Origin: a virus | Lineage: Duplodnaviria > Caudoviricetes | Virus record (IMG/VR): IMGVR_UViG_3300030117_007612 | Location: 32,001 to 96,000 of that record | Direction: 5' to 3' (one strand) | DNA length: 64,000 bases | In this document: positions 9,071 through 18,485 of the stretch, piece after piece | How positions within the stretch are numbered: position 1 is the first letter of the stretch | Layout of the letters: each line of letters starts with the position of its first letter | Position numbers and translations under genes: made by a program | The notes under the pieces: generated by a model | Seen by the model: only the letters and a program-made list of their open reading frames with translations | The model's database searches: none | What the model was told of the DNA's origin: nothing

Positions 9071-9766
9071 GTGAAAATACTGCTCACTGGTGGTAGCGGC
9101 CTTTTGGGTGGCGAATTGCAAAAACTAGACAGCGCTATCGTTGCGCCCGGTAGGGCTTTGATGGATATCAACGATAAAGAATCTTGCCGGCACTGGATTG
9201 AAAAAGAAAAGCCTGATGTCTTGGTTCATGCCGCGGCATTTACCTCTCCCCCGATTTGCGAACAGGAGCCATCAAAGGCGCGCCAAACAAATATAACTGG
9301 CACCACAAATTTAGTAGATCTGTGCGAAGAGAAAAATATTAAATTTGTGTATGTCTCAACTGACTATGTTTTTGATGGCGCCCGTGGCTTATATAACACA
9401 GATGATGCCATTAATCCAATTAACAAGTATGCGTTAACGAAAGCAGCAGGAGAATTAGCCGCCAGAACTTATGAGAACAGCCTTGTCGTTAGGACTAGTT
9501 TTTGTCAAAGAGAATTTCCGTATGAGAAAGCCTTTACCGATCAATATACTAGTCGCGACTATGTTGATATTATTGCTCCAAAGATTTTAAATTGTATTAA
9601 GTCTGATTCTGTTGGAATCGTTCACATTGGCACTGAAAGAAAAACCGTTTTTGAATTAGCCAAGCGCCGAAAGCCAGACGTTGGCGAATTGAGCATAAAA
9701 GACGTCTCATTTAATCCGCCGAGAGATACATCATTTTCTGATAAGGATATGTACTGTGAACAATAA
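9071..9766 (+). CDS. rmlD: dTDP-4-dehydrorhamnose reductase-like protein (RmlD-like, short)
   Basis: GGSGLLG, VHAAAFT, YVSTDYVFDG, PINKYALTK; GTG start. Confidence 0.7.
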   Translation: MKILLTGGSGLLGGELQKLDSAIVAPGRALMDINDKESCRHWIEKEKPDVLVHAAAFTSPPICEQEPSKARQTNITGTTNLVDLCEEKNIKFVYVSTDYVFDGARGLYNTDDAINPINKYALTKAAGELAARTYENSLVVRTSFCQREFPYEKAFTDQYTSRDYVDIIAPKILNCIKSDSVGIVHIGTERKTVFELAKRRKPDVGELSIKDVSFNPPRDTSFSDKDMYCEQ

Positions 9767-10445
9767 AGTAGTATATACAGCACTATATGGCAACAAGGAT
9801 GTATTGAAAGAACCTTTAGTGATAAGTGAAGGCTTCGATTATGTTTGTTTTACTGACGATAAAGAATTGAAATCTAATGTTTGGGAATGTAGGTATACTC
9901 CGCCGGAACATACAGATCCTGTTCGTAGTGCTAAGATATTTAAAGCCAAACCGCACGAATATTTTCCAGATCACGAAGTAAGTTTGTGGGTAGATGCTAA
10001 TTTTCTTATTAAATCGGATTTAAATTTGTTTCTAGAAATAACAAATAATCTTGAAGGTGCAAACATGTCGCTGTTTCAGCACGATCAGGGGCGCAATTGC
10101 ATCTATGACGAAGCAGAGATAATTATACACGACAAAAAAGACGATCCTGAGATAGTCAACAGCCAAATGGAAAAATATAAGTCAGAAAATTATCCCAAAA
10201 ATTATGGACTTACTGCAAATTCAATTTTACTTCGGCGCCATAATTCTGATGATATTACCGAATTATCTGATTTATGGTGGGAAGAGATTGACAACTACAG
10301 TAGACGAGATCAATTGAGTTTTTGCTATTGTTTGTGGAAAAAATCAGTGAAATATTACTTATTAAGATATCCAGATATAGATATCCGTAATAATGAATGG
10401 TTTCATTGGCTCCCTCACAATTACGAATTACAAAAATGGAGTTAA
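9756..10445 (+). CDS. DUF616/TOD1-MUCI70-like glycosyltransferase
   Basis: VVYTALYGNKD, DYVCFTD, SLWVDAN, RNCIYDEA, RRDQLSF. Confidence 0.7.
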   Translation: MNNKVVYTALYGNKDVLKEPLVISEGFDYVCFTDDKELKSNVWECRYTPPEHTDPVRSAKIFKAKPHEYFPDHEVSLWVDANFLIKSDLNLFLEITNNLEGANMSLFQHDQGRNCIYDEAEIIIHDKKDDPEIVNSQMEKYKSENYPKNYGLTANSILLRRHNSDDITELSDLWWEEIDNYSRRDQLSFCYCLWKKSVKYYLLRYPDIDIRNNEWFHWLPHNYELQKWS

Positions 10446-10446
10446 A

Positions 10447-11157
10447 ATGCTATCAGTAGTAATAGCAACATATAACAGGGCTGAAGTCCTTAGACAAAAT
10501 TTAGAGAAATTTAATGAACAAACAGATAAAGATTTCGAAGTTGTTGTCGCGATGGATGGCTCTACTGATAATACAGTAGAAATGCTGGAAAATTTCAAAT
10601 CAGATTTCTCAATCAAGTGGGTTGACACCGAAGAGACTGAAAAGTATTGTTTAGCAAAAGCTAGAAACATGGGATTAGTAGAGTGCTCCGGTGAAGCCGT
10701 TGTTGTACTGGATGACGATAGTTTTCCGACGCCCGATTTTGTTAAGGCACACAAACAATCGGTACGCCAACGAGTACTAACCGGAGGATATAGAAACTCT
10801 CACGATCCCAACGATCCGATGCACTCTAAGATGCAAAATCTTTTAAACAAATACGGCAATTGCAATCCGCACCCTATCACTGAGCTGTTGGTAGAAAATA
10901 ACTGTTGCATGTTGAGAAAAGATTGGATAGGGTGCGGAATGTTCTCTGAGAGGTTTGAGGGGTACGGCGGTTGTGGACAAGAGTTTTTTCACAGATTAGC
11001 TTACCTTGGATATGGTTATCAGTTCAACCCTAGCGCAATGATTTACCATCACAAGGAATTTGAGGGCGATAACGGATTAACAAGAGAAATGAAAACAGAA
11101 CAGGCAAGGCAGATGTCTGAATTAATTTACAAACATGCATGGAGTTATAATAAATAA
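10447..11157 (+). CDS. Glycosyltransferase family 2
   Basis: LSVVIATYNR, FEVVVAMDGSTD, ARNMG, VVLDDD; start at ATG 10447. Confidence 0.85.
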   Translation: MLSVVIATYNRAEVLRQNLEKFNEQTDKDFEVVVAMDGSTDNTVEMLENFKSDFSIKWVDTEETEKYCLAKARNMGLVECSGEAVVVLDDDSFPTPDFVKAHKQSVRQRVLTGGYRNSHDPNDPMHSKMQNLLNKYGNCNPHPITELLVENNCCMLRKDWIGCGMFSERFEGYGGCGQEFFHRLAYLGYGYQFNPSAMIYHHKEFEGDNGLTREMKTEQARQMSELIYKHAWSYNK

Positions 11158-11874
11158 ATGAGCAATGTAGACATATTTGATATGATAGGTGAAAAACTGG
11201 AAAATGTTATTCTACCTGAAGAATACCAACAATTGTGGGACGATATTAATCTCCCAATTCAATTAGAGAAAGCCCAAAGAATGGCTCCCTTGTGGGGCCC
11301 AGATATTAAGCAATCTATGGGGAGTGTTGAATATCTTTCCGAACGCGACAAAATTTTAGAAAAACTTTCCAAGAGAGCTTATTATTTAACTCAAATTGCA
11401 CAAAAATTTAATGCCAAGAATATTGTCGAAATCGGCACCGCCCAAGGCTGGCAGTTTTACAGCTTCGCAGAGTACTGCCAACAGAATGATGGACATGTTT
11501 GGAGTTGCGATATTGAAGATAAACATAGCAAAACACACGCAGAAATATACTCCAATTCAGCCACCTTTGTACATGGGGATAGTGCCAAGTTGGCAGATCA
11601 CATTGAAAGCCTTGGGGTTAAAATTGATATGTTTTATATCGATGGCTCACATGAGGAGGGCGCCGTTTTGCAAGACGTAAAGAATCTAAAGAAAATACAA
11701 ACCGATGAAAAAACACCAGTCTGGATTTTTGATGATTACGATGAAAGATTTGGCTGTTATAATGACATTCATAAAATTGCTAAAATGGCAGAACAATACA
11801 TGGTATACTCTCCGGGTAGGACAGCCAGCAACAACCCAACGCATCAAATGCTACTTTTAGGAAGGTTTAAGTGA
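11158..11874 (+). CDS. Class I SAM-dependent methyltransferase (Methyltransf_24-like)
   Basis: IVEIGTAQG, FVHGDS, FYIDGSHEEGAVLQD, IFDDY. Confidence 0.78.
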   Translation: MSNVDIFDMIGEKLENVILPEEYQQLWDDINLPIQLEKAQRMAPLWGPDIKQSMGSVEYLSERDKILEKLSKRAYYLTQIAQKFNAKNIVEIGTAQGWQFYSFAEYCQQNDGHVWSCDIEDKHSKTHAEIYSNSATFVHGDSAKLADHIESLGVKIDMFYIDGSHEEGAVLQDVKNLKKIQTDEKTPVWIFDDYDERFGCYNDIHKIAKMAEQYMVYSPGRTASNNPTHQMLLLGRFK

Positions 11875-12821
11875 GAATTTTATATCTTGAACGAAATCAC
11901 GGCAACTCTTACTCTTATTATAATGAAATACTGGCATCGCTCCAGAGACACGATAAGGTTGAAGGAGTGGCAAAATATTCAGATTGGCACCCTCAAGACC
12001 CCAACCCGCTGGATATAAGACAGGTAATTGAGAATTGCCCCGAAACGCCAGATGCTATTGTGGTTGGCTTTGGGTGGACCGACTGCAGCGAAGCACACCC
12101 AAAGCCAATCATTGGCGTTAAGGAGTCGTCTATTCCGACGTCAATAATCCTAAACAAAGAATATTCTGCACTTGATAAAAAGCTTTCATGGATCCGGGAT
12201 ATTGACCCGGTCGCAGCATTTACAGTACACCATGATTATAAGCTCTATGAAAAGGAGACTGGCGTACCGTTTTATAAGATACCGTTTGCTGTAAATGAAA
12301 CAGTGTTTAAAAACTATGGACAAAACTATAGTCACGACTTTGGATTTTCGGGTGTTATAAGACCCGAACAAGCCAACAATTGGAGATCTAAAATCCTAGA
12401 AAGCAGCAAAGAATGGCAAGACATCAAGTTCTTTTTCACAGAACACCGACACGATAGTTTGGAATCTTATGCAAAAAGAATCAATTCAACAAAAATCTGG
12501 CTCAGCACAACAGGTCCAGCCGACCTTGTTGGCACTAGGTATTATGAAGTAATGGCGTGCAACACAACTCTTTTAGCATGCAATCGTTTTAAGAATGTTT
12601 ATGATGGTCTTTTCGAAGAGGATAAACACTGCTTTATGTTTGACACGATACAGGAGCTAGAAGACAAAATCCACTACTATATCAACAACGATGATGAAAG
12701 GAACGCAATGATTGAACGCGCGTATAACCACGTGTTAGAAAATCACACATGGAACAATCGCGGCCAAGAAATGATAAAAGTATTAACCACAAAAACGGAG
12801 GAATCAAATGGGAAAGCATAA
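11871..12821 (+). CDS. CgeB-like glycosyltransferase (Glyco_trans_1_2)
   Basis: IPFAVNETVF, DFGFSG, RYYEVMAC, AYNHVLENHTWNNR. Confidence 0.75.
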   Translation: MRILYLERNHGNSYSYYNEILASLQRHDKVEGVAKYSDWHPQDPNPLDIRQVIENCPETPDAIVVGFGWTDCSEAHPKPIIGVKESSIPTSIILNKEYSALDKKLSWIRDIDPVAAFTVHHDYKLYEKETGVPFYKIPFAVNETVFKNYGQNYSHDFGFSGVIRPEQANNWRSKILESSKEWQDIKFFFTEHRHDSLESYAKRINSTKIWLSTTGPADLVGTRYYEVMACNTTLLACNRFKNVYDGLFEEDKHCFMFDTIQELEDKIHYYINNDDERNAMIERAYNHVLENHTWNNRGQEMIKVLTTKTEESNGKA

Positions 12822-13713
12822 CGCAGCAGTATATATTTTATCTTCTAGGACAGACTCGCTAAAGAAGGCCCTAGAATTATTTTATGAGAATTGGAATAAT
12901 GAGTATCAATATCCAGTTTACATCTACCACTTTGACGACATTTACTCTGATGAGTTTATTAATGATGTCAAAAATACTGTAAACGAGAATATTGAATTTA
13001 TTCAAATTGATTATGGTGTGCCCTCTCATATCGATGAGAGCGAATTATTTTACAACAGGCGCTACCTAAGATATGTCCAAACTTCCTTTCCTAAGTCCAG
13101 ATTAGGATATCTGCACATGGAGCATTTTTCATCTAATTTTCATAAATATGGTGAGAAAGGTTGCGTAGGTCGAGAATTAGAACAATACGATTATATCGCT
13201 AGAATCGATGATGATTCTTGGTTTAAAGAAAAGATCGATTTTGATTTCTTCGATTATGCTGAGGATTATCCGCTAGCCACCGGATTTACTTGGAATCACG
13301 TTGATTTGAACCATCTTGAAACAAGAGAGAATCTGTGGCAATTTTATAAAGATTATTTAGATAAGTATGATCTAGCGGCAGACAACATTAAAGATGAACA
13401 GTTAAGAACAGCAATTACAGACAACAACGAAATGCTAATGCACAGTCTTAAGTGGTCGTGCGGTAATTTTAATATCTATAATGTTAAAAAGTTTTTGGAG
13501 CACGGCTGGGAAGAATGGATGGAGGAGATTAATGAATATGGTGGCCTTTATAAACATCGATGGGGAGATCTTGAAGCCCTAGGTTTGTTTGCCTATACTC
13601 ATTTTGACAACCCACTATGTGATTTAGACTTAAGAAACAAAGAACTGTACGAACCCAAGCTGCCAGAGTGCCATTATGCGCCGTCAGTGCAAGATGAAAC
13701 AAAAAGAATTTGA
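12808..13713 (+). CDS. GT15-like (Kre2/Mnt1 alpha-1,2-mannosyltransferase-like) glycosyltransferase, paralog 1
   Basis: YPVYIYH, GYLHM, YDYIARIDDDS, HRWGD motifs. Confidence 0.65.
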   Translation: MGKHNAAVYILSSRTDSLKKALELFYENWNNEYQYPVYIYHFDDIYSDEFINDVKNTVNENIEFIQIDYGVPSHIDESELFYNRRYLRYVQTSFPKSRLGYLHMEHFSSNFHKYGEKGCVGRELEQYDYIARIDDDSWFKEKIDFDFFDYAEDYPLATGFTWNHVDLNHLETRENLWQFYKDYLDKYDLAADNIKDEQLRTAITDNNEMLMHSLKWSCGNFNIYNVKKFLEHGWEEWMEEINEYGGLYKHRWGDLEALGLFAYTHFDNPLCDLDLRNKELYEPKLPECHYAPSVQDETKRI

Positions 13714-13720
13714 GGTATAA

Positions 13721-14449
13721 ATGTCAAAAGCTTATATAACATATTTGTGTAACGACACCTTTATTCCGGGCGCCGTCGCTCTTGTGAAATCAGGTAAGTT
13801 TTTTGAAATTGAAGAGCCTTTTGTGTGCATGATAACTGAAGATGTAACGGAAGAGGGTCGTAAAATTTTATTAGAAAGCGGGTATTCTGATTTGCCGGTT
13901 GTTGACAAAATTGTACCTGAGCGGACTGACGGCATCAAAGATCGCTATAAAGATAACAGTTGGATGATGTACACTAAGCTAAATTTATGGAGCTTAACTC
14001 AATATGAAAAATTAGCGTTTCTTGACGCTGACTGTTTGATAGTTAGTCCCGAAATGGACATGCTTGATATGCCGGCAGTCTCGGCTGTTAAAGATATTGG
14101 ATATGGCGGAATCAGTGCCGGCGTTTTAGTGTTAGATCCGAACGAGGACATCTATAAAGACATGCTTGTCGAAATCAACAACACAGAATACGACAACACA
14201 TATAGCGATCAAAGTTTCTTAGACTGGTATCTTAAAAAGAACGAAATGTGGAATGAAATACCAATTCACTATAATGCACTACAAAAAAGAATTCAATTAA
14301 CTCATGAGTTGAAAGTGTATCACTATAACGGACAAAAGCCTTGGATCACTGATCAAAGCAACAGTTGCCACTGGCAACAGGGCGATAACAAAGAGTATAT
14401 CGCTTGGATGCATTTTTATAATTTAGAGGAAAACAATGAAAAAACATAA
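13721..14449 (+). CDS. Glycosyltransferase family 8 (glycogenin-like)
   Basis: AYITYLCND, YTKLNLWSLTQYEKLAFLDAD, SDQSFL, YHYNGQKPW. Confidence 0.85.
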   Translation: MSKAYITYLCNDTFIPGAVALVKSGKFFEIEEPFVCMITEDVTEEGRKILLESGYSDLPVVDKIVPERTDGIKDRYKDNSWMMYTKLNLWSLTQYEKLAFLDADCLIVSPEMDMLDMPAVSAVKDIGYGGISAGVLVLDPNEDIYKDMLVEINNTEYDNTYSDQSFLDWYLKKNEMWNEIPIHYNALQKRIQLTHELKVYHYNGQKPWITDQSNSCHWQQGDNKEYIAWMHFYNLEENNEKT

Positions 14450-15521
14450 CGCAGCAATTTATATCCTATCATCAAGGGTTTGGGCTTTAAAATTCTCCCT
14501 GAAACACCTATATTGGGCATTTAACAAATATCACGATTACCCTATCTATATTTACCATTTTGATGATATTTACAGTGAAGAATACATTGCCGACATACAC
14601 AACACCGTAAGCAAAAATATCCACTTCATTCAAGTTGATTATGGTGTACCTATGCACATACCAGAGGAAGATCTTTTTTATAATAAAACTGATTTATTAT
14701 ATGTAAAATCACAAAGCTTTGGTAAAAACCGAATTGGTTTTTTACATATGTGTGATTTTGTTAGCAATATTCACAAACATGAAGAATTAAAACAATATGA
14801 TTATGTTATGAGATTAGATGACGATTCTCTTTTCATAAAGGAAATTAATGAATCAGATTTGTTTGACTCATTAGATCCTAGCCAAGCCGGCTCGGGTCCA
14901 TTTGCAACCGGCATCACGTGGTCCAGCACGGCACTGGAGACGCTTGAAACTAGAGTCGGCCTGTTTTCTTTAGTTAAGGAATATGTTAAAAAATACAATA
15001 TTCAAGTTAAAAACGACCAACTCCGCGAGGCTATTGAAGAAGACAACGAAAGAAAGATGCACAAACTGATATGGTCTTGCGGCAACTTAAATTTGTATAA
15101 TGTCCGACAGTTTCTTGATCACGGCTGGCTTAATTGGATTGACATGGTTAATGAATGTGGAGGCTGCTATAAACATAGATGGGGAGATATCGAGGTAATT
15201 GGATTGTTTGCTTATATGCACTTCGATGTTCCTCTTATTGATCTTGATTTAAAGAATTCCGGAAAATATCTTGATAAATGCAACAACACTTTTGGAGATA
15301 TGAGTCATATTTTGACATACTTTGTTCAAAACACTGATCCAGTAGTAGTGTATCAATATATGAAATTTATTGGCGCCCTTGATTGCCTGAAAGAAGATGA
15401 AGATGGTAAGTATTGGGATCTCGAAGAGGTCATTATGCCACGCGCAGCAATTTTTGCGTGGGCACCCCCTCCCGTTAAGTGGTCATCAGACAATGTATAC
15501 AAAGAGGAGAAAGAATTGTGA
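14436..15521 (+). CDS. GT15-like glycosyltransferase, paralog 2
   Basis: MKKHNAAIYILSSR matches the paralog 1 start; GFLHMC, YDYVMRLDDDS, HRWGD. Confidence 0.65.
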   Translation: MKKHNAAIYILSSRVWALKFSLKHLYWAFNKYHDYPIYIYHFDDIYSEEYIADIHNTVSKNIHFIQVDYGVPMHIPEEDLFYNKTDLLYVKSQSFGKNRIGFLHMCDFVSNIHKHEELKQYDYVMRLDDDSLFIKEINESDLFDSLDPSQAGSGPFATGITWSSTALETLETRVGLFSLVKEYVKKYNIQVKNDQLREAIEEDNERKMHKLIWSCGNLNLYNVRQFLDHGWLNWIDMVNECGGCYKHRWGDIEVIGLFAYMHFDVPLIDLDLKNSGKYLDKCNNTFGDMSHILTYFVQNTDPVVVYQYMKFIGALDCLKEDEDGKYWDLEEVIMPRAAIFAWAPPPVKWSSDNVYKEEKEL

Positions 15522-16486
15522 AAAAAGCATTAGTATGTGGAGCCGGCGGATTTATCGGCGGCCATCTTGTAAAATTTTTAAAAGAGAAGGGATATTGGGT
15601 CCGCGGAGTAGATTTAAAATTAAATGAGTTTGCTCCGATTAGCGATATTGCCGATGATTTTGTCGTTGGTGATTTGCGCGACATAGAAGTCATCAGAGCA
15701 GTTATTGATGAAGATATGGATGAAGTATATCAACTGGCCGCTGACATGGGAGGAGCCGGTTTTGTATTTACTGGCGACAATGATGCTGATATTATGCATA
15801 ATTCTGCACTCATTAACTTGAATGTTGCTCATGAAGCAGTTAAAAAGAACGTCAAAAGAGTGTTCTATTCGTCATCGGCATGCATGTATCCAGAGCACAA
15901 TCAGTTGGACCCTGATAATCCCAATTGTACAGAAGACTCAGCATATCCAGCAGATCCGGACTCAGAATATGGTTGGGAGAAGTTGTTCAGTGAAAGAGTA
16001 TTCTTGGCGTTTATGAGAAACCATGATTTAGAAGTCCGTGTTGCTCGCTATCACAACATCTTTGGCCCAGAAGGCACATGGCAGGGAGGCCGCGAGAAAG
16101 CCCCTGCAGCGCTCTGTAGGAAGGTTGCCAACTGTGAAGACGGCGGAGAGATAGAAGTCTGGGGTGACGGAACACAGACGCGTTCTTTCTTATATGTCAG
16201 CGAGTGTGTTGAGGCCACATATCGCCTAATGCAATCAGAATTTACAGGCCCGGTAAATATTGGCTCTGAAGAAATGATTAGTATTAATGATTTTATTGAT
16301 ATGATTGCAGATATCGCCGGCAAAGAAGTAGTGAAAAAGCACATCCCCGGCCCAATTGGTGTTCGTGGTAGAAATTCCGACAACAAGCTATACGAAGAGA
16401 AAGTTGGCTGGGTTGTTTCTCAACCGTTGAGAGAAGGTATAGAAAAAACATACGCTTGGATACAAAAACAGATTGACAATTCATAG
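15518..16486 (+). CDS. GDP-mannose 3,5-epimerase-like extended SDR
   Basis: GAGGFIG, LAADMGGAGF, FYSSSACMYP, YGWEKL, GREKAPAALCRK, GVRGRNSDN; GTG start at 15518. Confidence 0.85.
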   Translation: MKKALVCGAGGFIGGHLVKFLKEKGYWVRGVDLKLNEFAPISDIADDFVVGDLRDIEVIRAVIDEDMDEVYQLAADMGGAGFVFTGDNDADIMHNSALINLNVAHEAVKKNVKRVFYSSSACMYPEHNQLDPDNPNCTEDSAYPADPDSEYGWEKLFSERVFLAFMRNHDLEVRVARYHNIFGPEGTWQGGREKAPAALCRKVANCEDGGEIEVWGDGTQTRSFLYVSECVEATYRLMQSEFTGPVNIGSEEMISINDFIDMIADIAGKEVVKKHIPGPIGVRGRNSDNKLYEEKVGWVVSQPLREGIEKTYAWIQKQIDNS

Positions 16487-16501
16487 AATTGTTATTATAA
16501 T
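16473..16501 (+). promoter_or_regulatory. Perfect sigma70 consensus promoter for glycan operon 2
   Basis: TTGACA(16473-16478)-N17-TATAAT(16496-16501), followed by an AAGGAG RBS and the ATG at 16520. Confidence 0.85.
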
Positions 16502-16519
16502 ATATAAAAAGGAGATGTT

Positions 16520-17143
16520 ATGTCTAATGTATTAGTGTGTGGTCGTGGAGAATCTTTAAACACAATCGGAGAACTAAAGGGCGATTATGATTGTGTCATA
16601 TTGCTTAATGAATTTAATCGTTTCGCCCGAGAGAGCCCCCAGATAGCCGAATTTCTACAAGGTAAAAAAATTATCCAGTTCCTGAACATAACCGAGGGAG
16701 GTCTTGATCAAGAATTTATTAATTATTTTAATATTCGTGACGTGTATGTAACGCGCTTAGGTCCAGATGGTAAAGATTTTGCGTCGTGGTGGCGTCAGCC
16801 TAGGCACCACCGGGTACCCGAATCATTCGGAATACAGTGCAGGTACCAACCACCGGAACTGGAACCTTATATGAATATTGTTGAAAATTCCTCTGATGTT
16901 GCTTTGTTGTTTTCTTTGTTGTCTTTAAATGCTAAAAACATTGATATTATCGGTGTTGATTTCTATGAAGCAGAGTATTTCCTAGGACATAGCGAGCCAG
17001 ACATACAGGACGAAGACGATACAAAGCGCATCATGGGTGCTCACAAGAAGATAGTTTCTTTATTCCCAGAGACAAATTTTAGGTATTATACAAGATCTTC
17101 TTTTGATGCTGAAAAGGAAAATTGCGTTTCTGTGAGAGTGTGA
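16520..17143 (+). CDS. Candidate sialyltransferase-like protein (CstII/GT42-like fold)
   Basis: VLVCGRGESL (cf. IIAGNGPSL), VILLNEF, IDIIGVDFY (cf. IYLSGIDFY), downstream GHS. Confidence 0.5.
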   Translation: MSNVLVCGRGESLNTIGELKGDYDCVILLNEFNRFARESPQIAEFLQGKKIIQFLNITEGGLDQEFINYFNIRDVYVTRLGPDGKDFASWWRQPRHHRVPESFGIQCRYQPPELEPYMNIVENSSDVALLFSLLSLNAKNIDIIGVDFYEAEYFLGHSEPDIQDEDDTKRIMGAHKKIVSLFPETNFRYYTRSSFDAEKENCVSVRV

Positions 17144-17754
17144 TGTCATTTGTCGATGAAGATCATAAATTGTGCTTCATACACGTCCCAAAGGCTGCTG
17201 GCACCAGTGTGTCTTCGGCGTTAAAAAAAAATTTACTGGCTGTGCATCGATGCAGCGCTGATCGGTGGTCGGGCAGCGGATGTAGTACATTATTAGACTA
17301 TCAGAAAGATTTCAACAGACTCCCTGACTGGTCGTTTGCGATAATTAGGAATCCTTACGAGAGGTGCTTGTCTGACTGGACTTTCACACGATGCGCCGTT
17401 CTTCCCGAACTTCGGTACCGAGATGACTGGAGAGAATATTTGGATAATTGTCAAAGTTTGAATTGGAGCGCTTTACATCTCGCCGGCGATGATTCCGCAT
17501 ATGTCGGTGCGTGCCCGTCTCATTGTTTTGTTTCTATTAATGGTGAAATAAAGGTTGACACATTAATCAAAATGGAAAATATAAACAAAGTGCCACAAAC
17601 TATATGGGAAAAAACTGGTATCAGATTAGGCAAGATTCCTAGTCTAAATATAACCAACTCAATTAGGTTTATGGAACTATTAATGGACGAGGAATCAAAA
17701 AGAATTATACGAGAGATATATGCAAAAGACTTTGAATTATATGAGGGCGTGTGA
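17143..17754 (+). CDS. Sulfotransferase family 2 protein, paralog 1
   Basis: FIHVPKAAGTS (5'-PSB), FAIIRNPYER (3'-PB), YAKDFEL; start at ATG 17143 (TGATG). Confidence 0.85.
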   Translation: MSFVDEDHKLCFIHVPKAAGTSVSSALKKNLLAVHRCSADRWSGSGCSTLLDYQKDFNRLPDWSFAIIRNPYERCLSDWTFTRCAVLPELRYRDDWREYLDNCQSLNWSALHLAGDDSAYVGACPSHCFVSINGEIKVDTLIKMENINKVPQTIWEKTGIRLGKIPSLNITNSIRFMELLMDEESKRIIREIYAKDFELYEGV

Positions 17755-18485
17755 TGTCATTTGTTTCCGAAGACCATAAATTGTGTTTTATTCACATTCC
17801 AAAGTCTGCCGGCACAAGTATATCTAATAGTTTAGTTTCATTGCTGCGGTGCCTTCCCGGACAATCCCCCCCATGGGGAAGCCGCGGAATTGATGCCATC
17901 TTTGCCGGTCGCGGCCATGCTACAATCGCCGATTATTATACCATGTTTGATTCGTTGCCCGGCTGGTCCTTTTCAATGATTAGAGATCCGCACAAAAGAT
18001 GTATCTCAGCCTTCATGGTGCATCCGGATTATGGCAGGAAAATGATGACGAAAAGTTTTGCAAATAATGAATCTATGCTGTATTTTGCATGGGAAAAGTA
18101 TCTAGACTATTGCGACGTGATCTGCAAAGGGGATCCCCTTCTCGGGGGTGTCAGTACTCAGCCGGAATTGCTTATGAAAAATAGCCTACTTAATCGCAAT
18201 GGTAACAGGGTGTCTAATTTGGGCCCCGCAATACATGCTTTGCCTTGCTCATATTTTCTTTCAATTGATAATAAGGTGGTTGTAAATAATCTTATTAAAA
18301 TGAAGAATATTGAAAAAGTACCAAAAATTATTTCGAAAAATACCGGCATTAAAATAGGCGATATTTCTCATGAAAATAAATCCAATTCAAGTGATTTTGT
18401 GAAACTTCTTTTGGATAAAAAATCTAAACAACGCATACAAGAAATATATGCAAAAGACTTTGAATTATACGAGGGGGCCGAATGA
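17754..18485 (+). CDS. Sulfotransferase family 2 protein, paralog 2
   Basis: FIHIPKSAGTS, FSMIRDPHKRCIS, YAKDFEL; start at ATG 17754 (TGATG). Confidence 0.85.
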   Translation: MSFVSEDHKLCFIHIPKSAGTSISNSLVSLLRCLPGQSPPWGSRGIDAIFAGRGHATIADYYTMFDSLPGWSFSMIRDPHKRCISAFMVHPDYGRKMMTKSFANNESMLYFAWEKYLDYCDVICKGDPLLGGVSTQPELLMKNSLLNRNGNRVSNLGPAIHALPCSYFLSIDNKVVVNNLIKMKNIEKVPKIISKNTGIKIGDISHENKSNSSDFVKLLLDKKSKQRIQEIYAKDFELYEGAE

